Of a stretch of DNA of 64,000 nt, positions 61,406 through 64,000 are shown piece by piece. Positions within the stretch are counted from its first letter, which is position 1; every line of letters begins with the position of its first letter. The DNA is from Phoronis australis (taxonomy: Eukaryota; Animalia; Phoronida). Location of the stretch: assembly GCA_002633005.1 (NCBI GenBank), contig NMRA01000099.1, positions 761,633 to 825,632 on the forward strand, in the 5' to 3' direction. The notes beneath the pieces were generated by a model, which was given only the letters and a program-made list of their open reading frames with translations, was not told the DNA's origin and ran no database searches. A program made the translations under genes and the position numbers.

Positions 61406-64000
61406 TATGTGGCTATTTCTGCAAGCAACCTATTCAAAAGTACGACATGGCAGAAACATTCAAAGATCACTTAGCAAAGGCAAATGGATGCCATTAAAAT
61501 GTAACATTGTAACTGAGGCAGGGGTGGAAGCATGGACTGGGCCATTTATTTTGCTACCAGGATCGCGTGGGTTGCTCCAGTCACCATCTTTCCGTGTATT
61601 TGCCACCGGCTAGGTTTGTTCATCGCCTTACATGTCAGAAGAGTTCCCAATAGTTTTGTTCTGCACAAAACTGTCAACTGTCACAACAAATAGAGCCATT
61701 ATCGTAAAATGCGCTCAAATTTGAACACTGCATAACGCGTGCTGAAATGTCCAGCCACATGCTATCACATTTCTTTCACAAATGGGCATAGTCACATTCA
61801 TTACAGCTATCACATGCCTCTAAAAAGTTGCATAAAACTCAAAAGCATGCACTTAAAAGGACGCTCTTAACAAATGTATAGTGCTAATTGAAAATGTAAC
61901 AGCTTGCTTTAAGTTGCTTTCATATTTGTTCAATCAAATGCTTACTAGATGAACAGCAGTTGGTTTAGAACCTGAACAGGATTACAGGGGTATAATAAAA
62001 ATGGGCACCTATCAAAACCAGGCAAAAATGCTGACCTAATGAAAAGTACATTATATGGTGATAGACGACAGTGATGTTACCAATAAGACTTCAATTTAAC
62101 AGAGGATATGTGACCAAGGAAATTAGTTGATGCTTCACTGACCAGACTTCATCCATACCACAATACACAAACTTCTCAAACAGCAATGAATAATAGATAC
62201 AAGATACACCAGGCAATGGAAGTTAAATCTTAAATTAGTTTCAAAAGAACACAAGCATTTTAAGAAAATATGTAGGTATGCCATTACTCATCGCATCGGT
62301 TACTGTAGTTACTCCAGCTTTTTACAACTACCAATAACATGTCAATCTGTAATTTGCAAAAAAAAACACAACGACAAGCAACCACAGTCCGCAGCAAATA
62401 CATAGGAAGGTGGCGACCAGAACAACCGAAGTTCCTAGCAATCTCATTGGTGAAAATGTGCAAGTCACCCATTGAGATAACTGCCCTGCTCCACTTAAGA
62501 GACTATTTCGCACATGAACACACAGTTGATACAGACCATGAAATGCGCAACACATTACCACCATGCAAGTTTGCACCACGGAAGTTGTATTGCGTTAATT
62601 TATGTCACGCGCCGTGTCAAACATGCCACATAAACAACGCGTAACCAAGAACCCAAACAAGTAGTCACAAAATCTAGCTCAAGCAGAAAGCCACCATTTT
62701 GACGTTGCCTTTAGTAAAAATACAGACCGCTTGTTATCATGGTATAACATCTTCCTGCGTTAATTACAGCTCGTTGCTAGAATTGGTATTATTTCATTTT
62801 TCAAAGACTTCCAACATTGTTGAGGATGCCCACAATTCCCTTGTCTAACTGTAACTGCAGTAGAGATCTTTAGCATTCTTTTGATGAAATAATGAAAAAA
62901 TAATCCATTTGTCAGCCAGGTTGTATCCTAAATTGGTGACCTTTTACTGTACTGTTGCCCTAGAGTCGTTATCCTTGGAACAATAGAAAGTGATGCAAAT
63001 TGCACAGCAAAAGGCACTAATTTGAGAAAACACAAAGTTTGACTCTGTTGAACACAGTCTGTATAAGTTTTTGGTGTTGAATAAACAACCAATTTGCAGG
63101 CATTTTGTTAGGCAATTAGTGTTCTTGCATTCTTAGTAAACAAAAGCTAACAAAACAGTAAATGTAGAGAATGAAGATTACGTATGGTCTGTATTTTTAG
63201 TAAAGATAACATCAAAAACCGTTGCTTTTCCCTTCAAAGCCCTGTCCTTTTCACACTATTCCCTTTCAAAGCAATTGCAAAAAGTCATTCACAGAAATAG
63301 CTGCCTACTCCTAGAAAGGGAAACGAACTTTCAAACACTTCAGATATCTTGCAAACTCAGCTCTAGACACGACAGCTGATTAATTTTTGAACTGCATGAC
63401 TGTCTAAATATTGATAAGAAATTGTACAATGATTGAGATGACATAACAAAACTTAAATAACAGCTCACAGTGATGAAAAGCCATGCAAATTAAAAAACAA
63501 TCAGACATGAAAACAGTTGAACGCATCCAAATTTAACCAAAAATTTCAAAATTGAACTTAGCTCAGAATTTCACAAACCAAAGAAAGCAGGGGAGTATGA
63601 ACTGTGCGACTTCCAAGATGAAAGTCAAACTAGTCAGACTTAAACATTCCTAACTTTAGTTTGGAATCAATAGTAGATTCTAAGACAACAAAAAGACATT
63701 CTGTTCTGACCTTGATAAACATGCACCAGTACATAAGTTACACATAGTACTAAGTAATTGTTTGCTACTGCCTATCCTTGGAGTGCAGACAATCCCTCAT
63801 ACACAAACTACCCCCCTTCCCCATATCATGTGAACATTGCATGACCAAGACCAAGACAAGCATGTCTGACCCACATAAGGCTGGTAAACAGAGGGAGAAT
63901 GTGAACTCATATTGAGGTCAGTGGCCTCAAAAGGCACCACTCCAGGTTTAATGGCCTTGTTCTCACACAAATCTAAGACAAAGTACCAGATGCTGTGAAT

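Noticed and set aside
61236-64000. Upstream Mondo exons (MCR1 HSGHFM, MCR2 LFECxSLAY)
   Set aside because: Not found by eye; they presumably lie beyond the window end

Overview
Eukaryotic, AT-rich, repeat-dense invertebrate genomic DNA (lophotrochozoan-like by repeat content; species not determinable) with four assembly gaps. It holds two convergent spliced genes. (1) A complete 7-exon nucleoredoxin (NXN) gene on + (CDS 3815..37531, 425 aa), with WCPPC in both of its first two thioredoxin domains. (2) The 3' 16 coding exons of a Mondo/ChREBP (MLXIP/MLXIPL-family) bHLH-ZIP gene on - (61235..41804; 5' exons lie beyond the window), including a clear U12-type GT-AG minor intron. The introns are filled with non-autonomous DNA transposons: Kolobok-like TTAA elements (one a THAP-bearing fold-back), Harbinger- and pogo/mariner-like MITEs, long fold-backs, and Helentron-like HINEs whose ~150-bp core repeats each carry a CTCF-consensus-like motif. 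There is also a Penelope GIY-YIG relic and a tRNA-derived SINE head. Best leads: the CTCF-motif arrays in HINEs, nested inverted repeats around frame-symmetric NXN exon 2, the THAP/Kolobok fold-back built from two 5' ends, and a speculative C-K-T-UGA (CxxU) NXN terminus. Coordinates were read by eye. No prokaryotic-type system (CRISPR etc.) is present.
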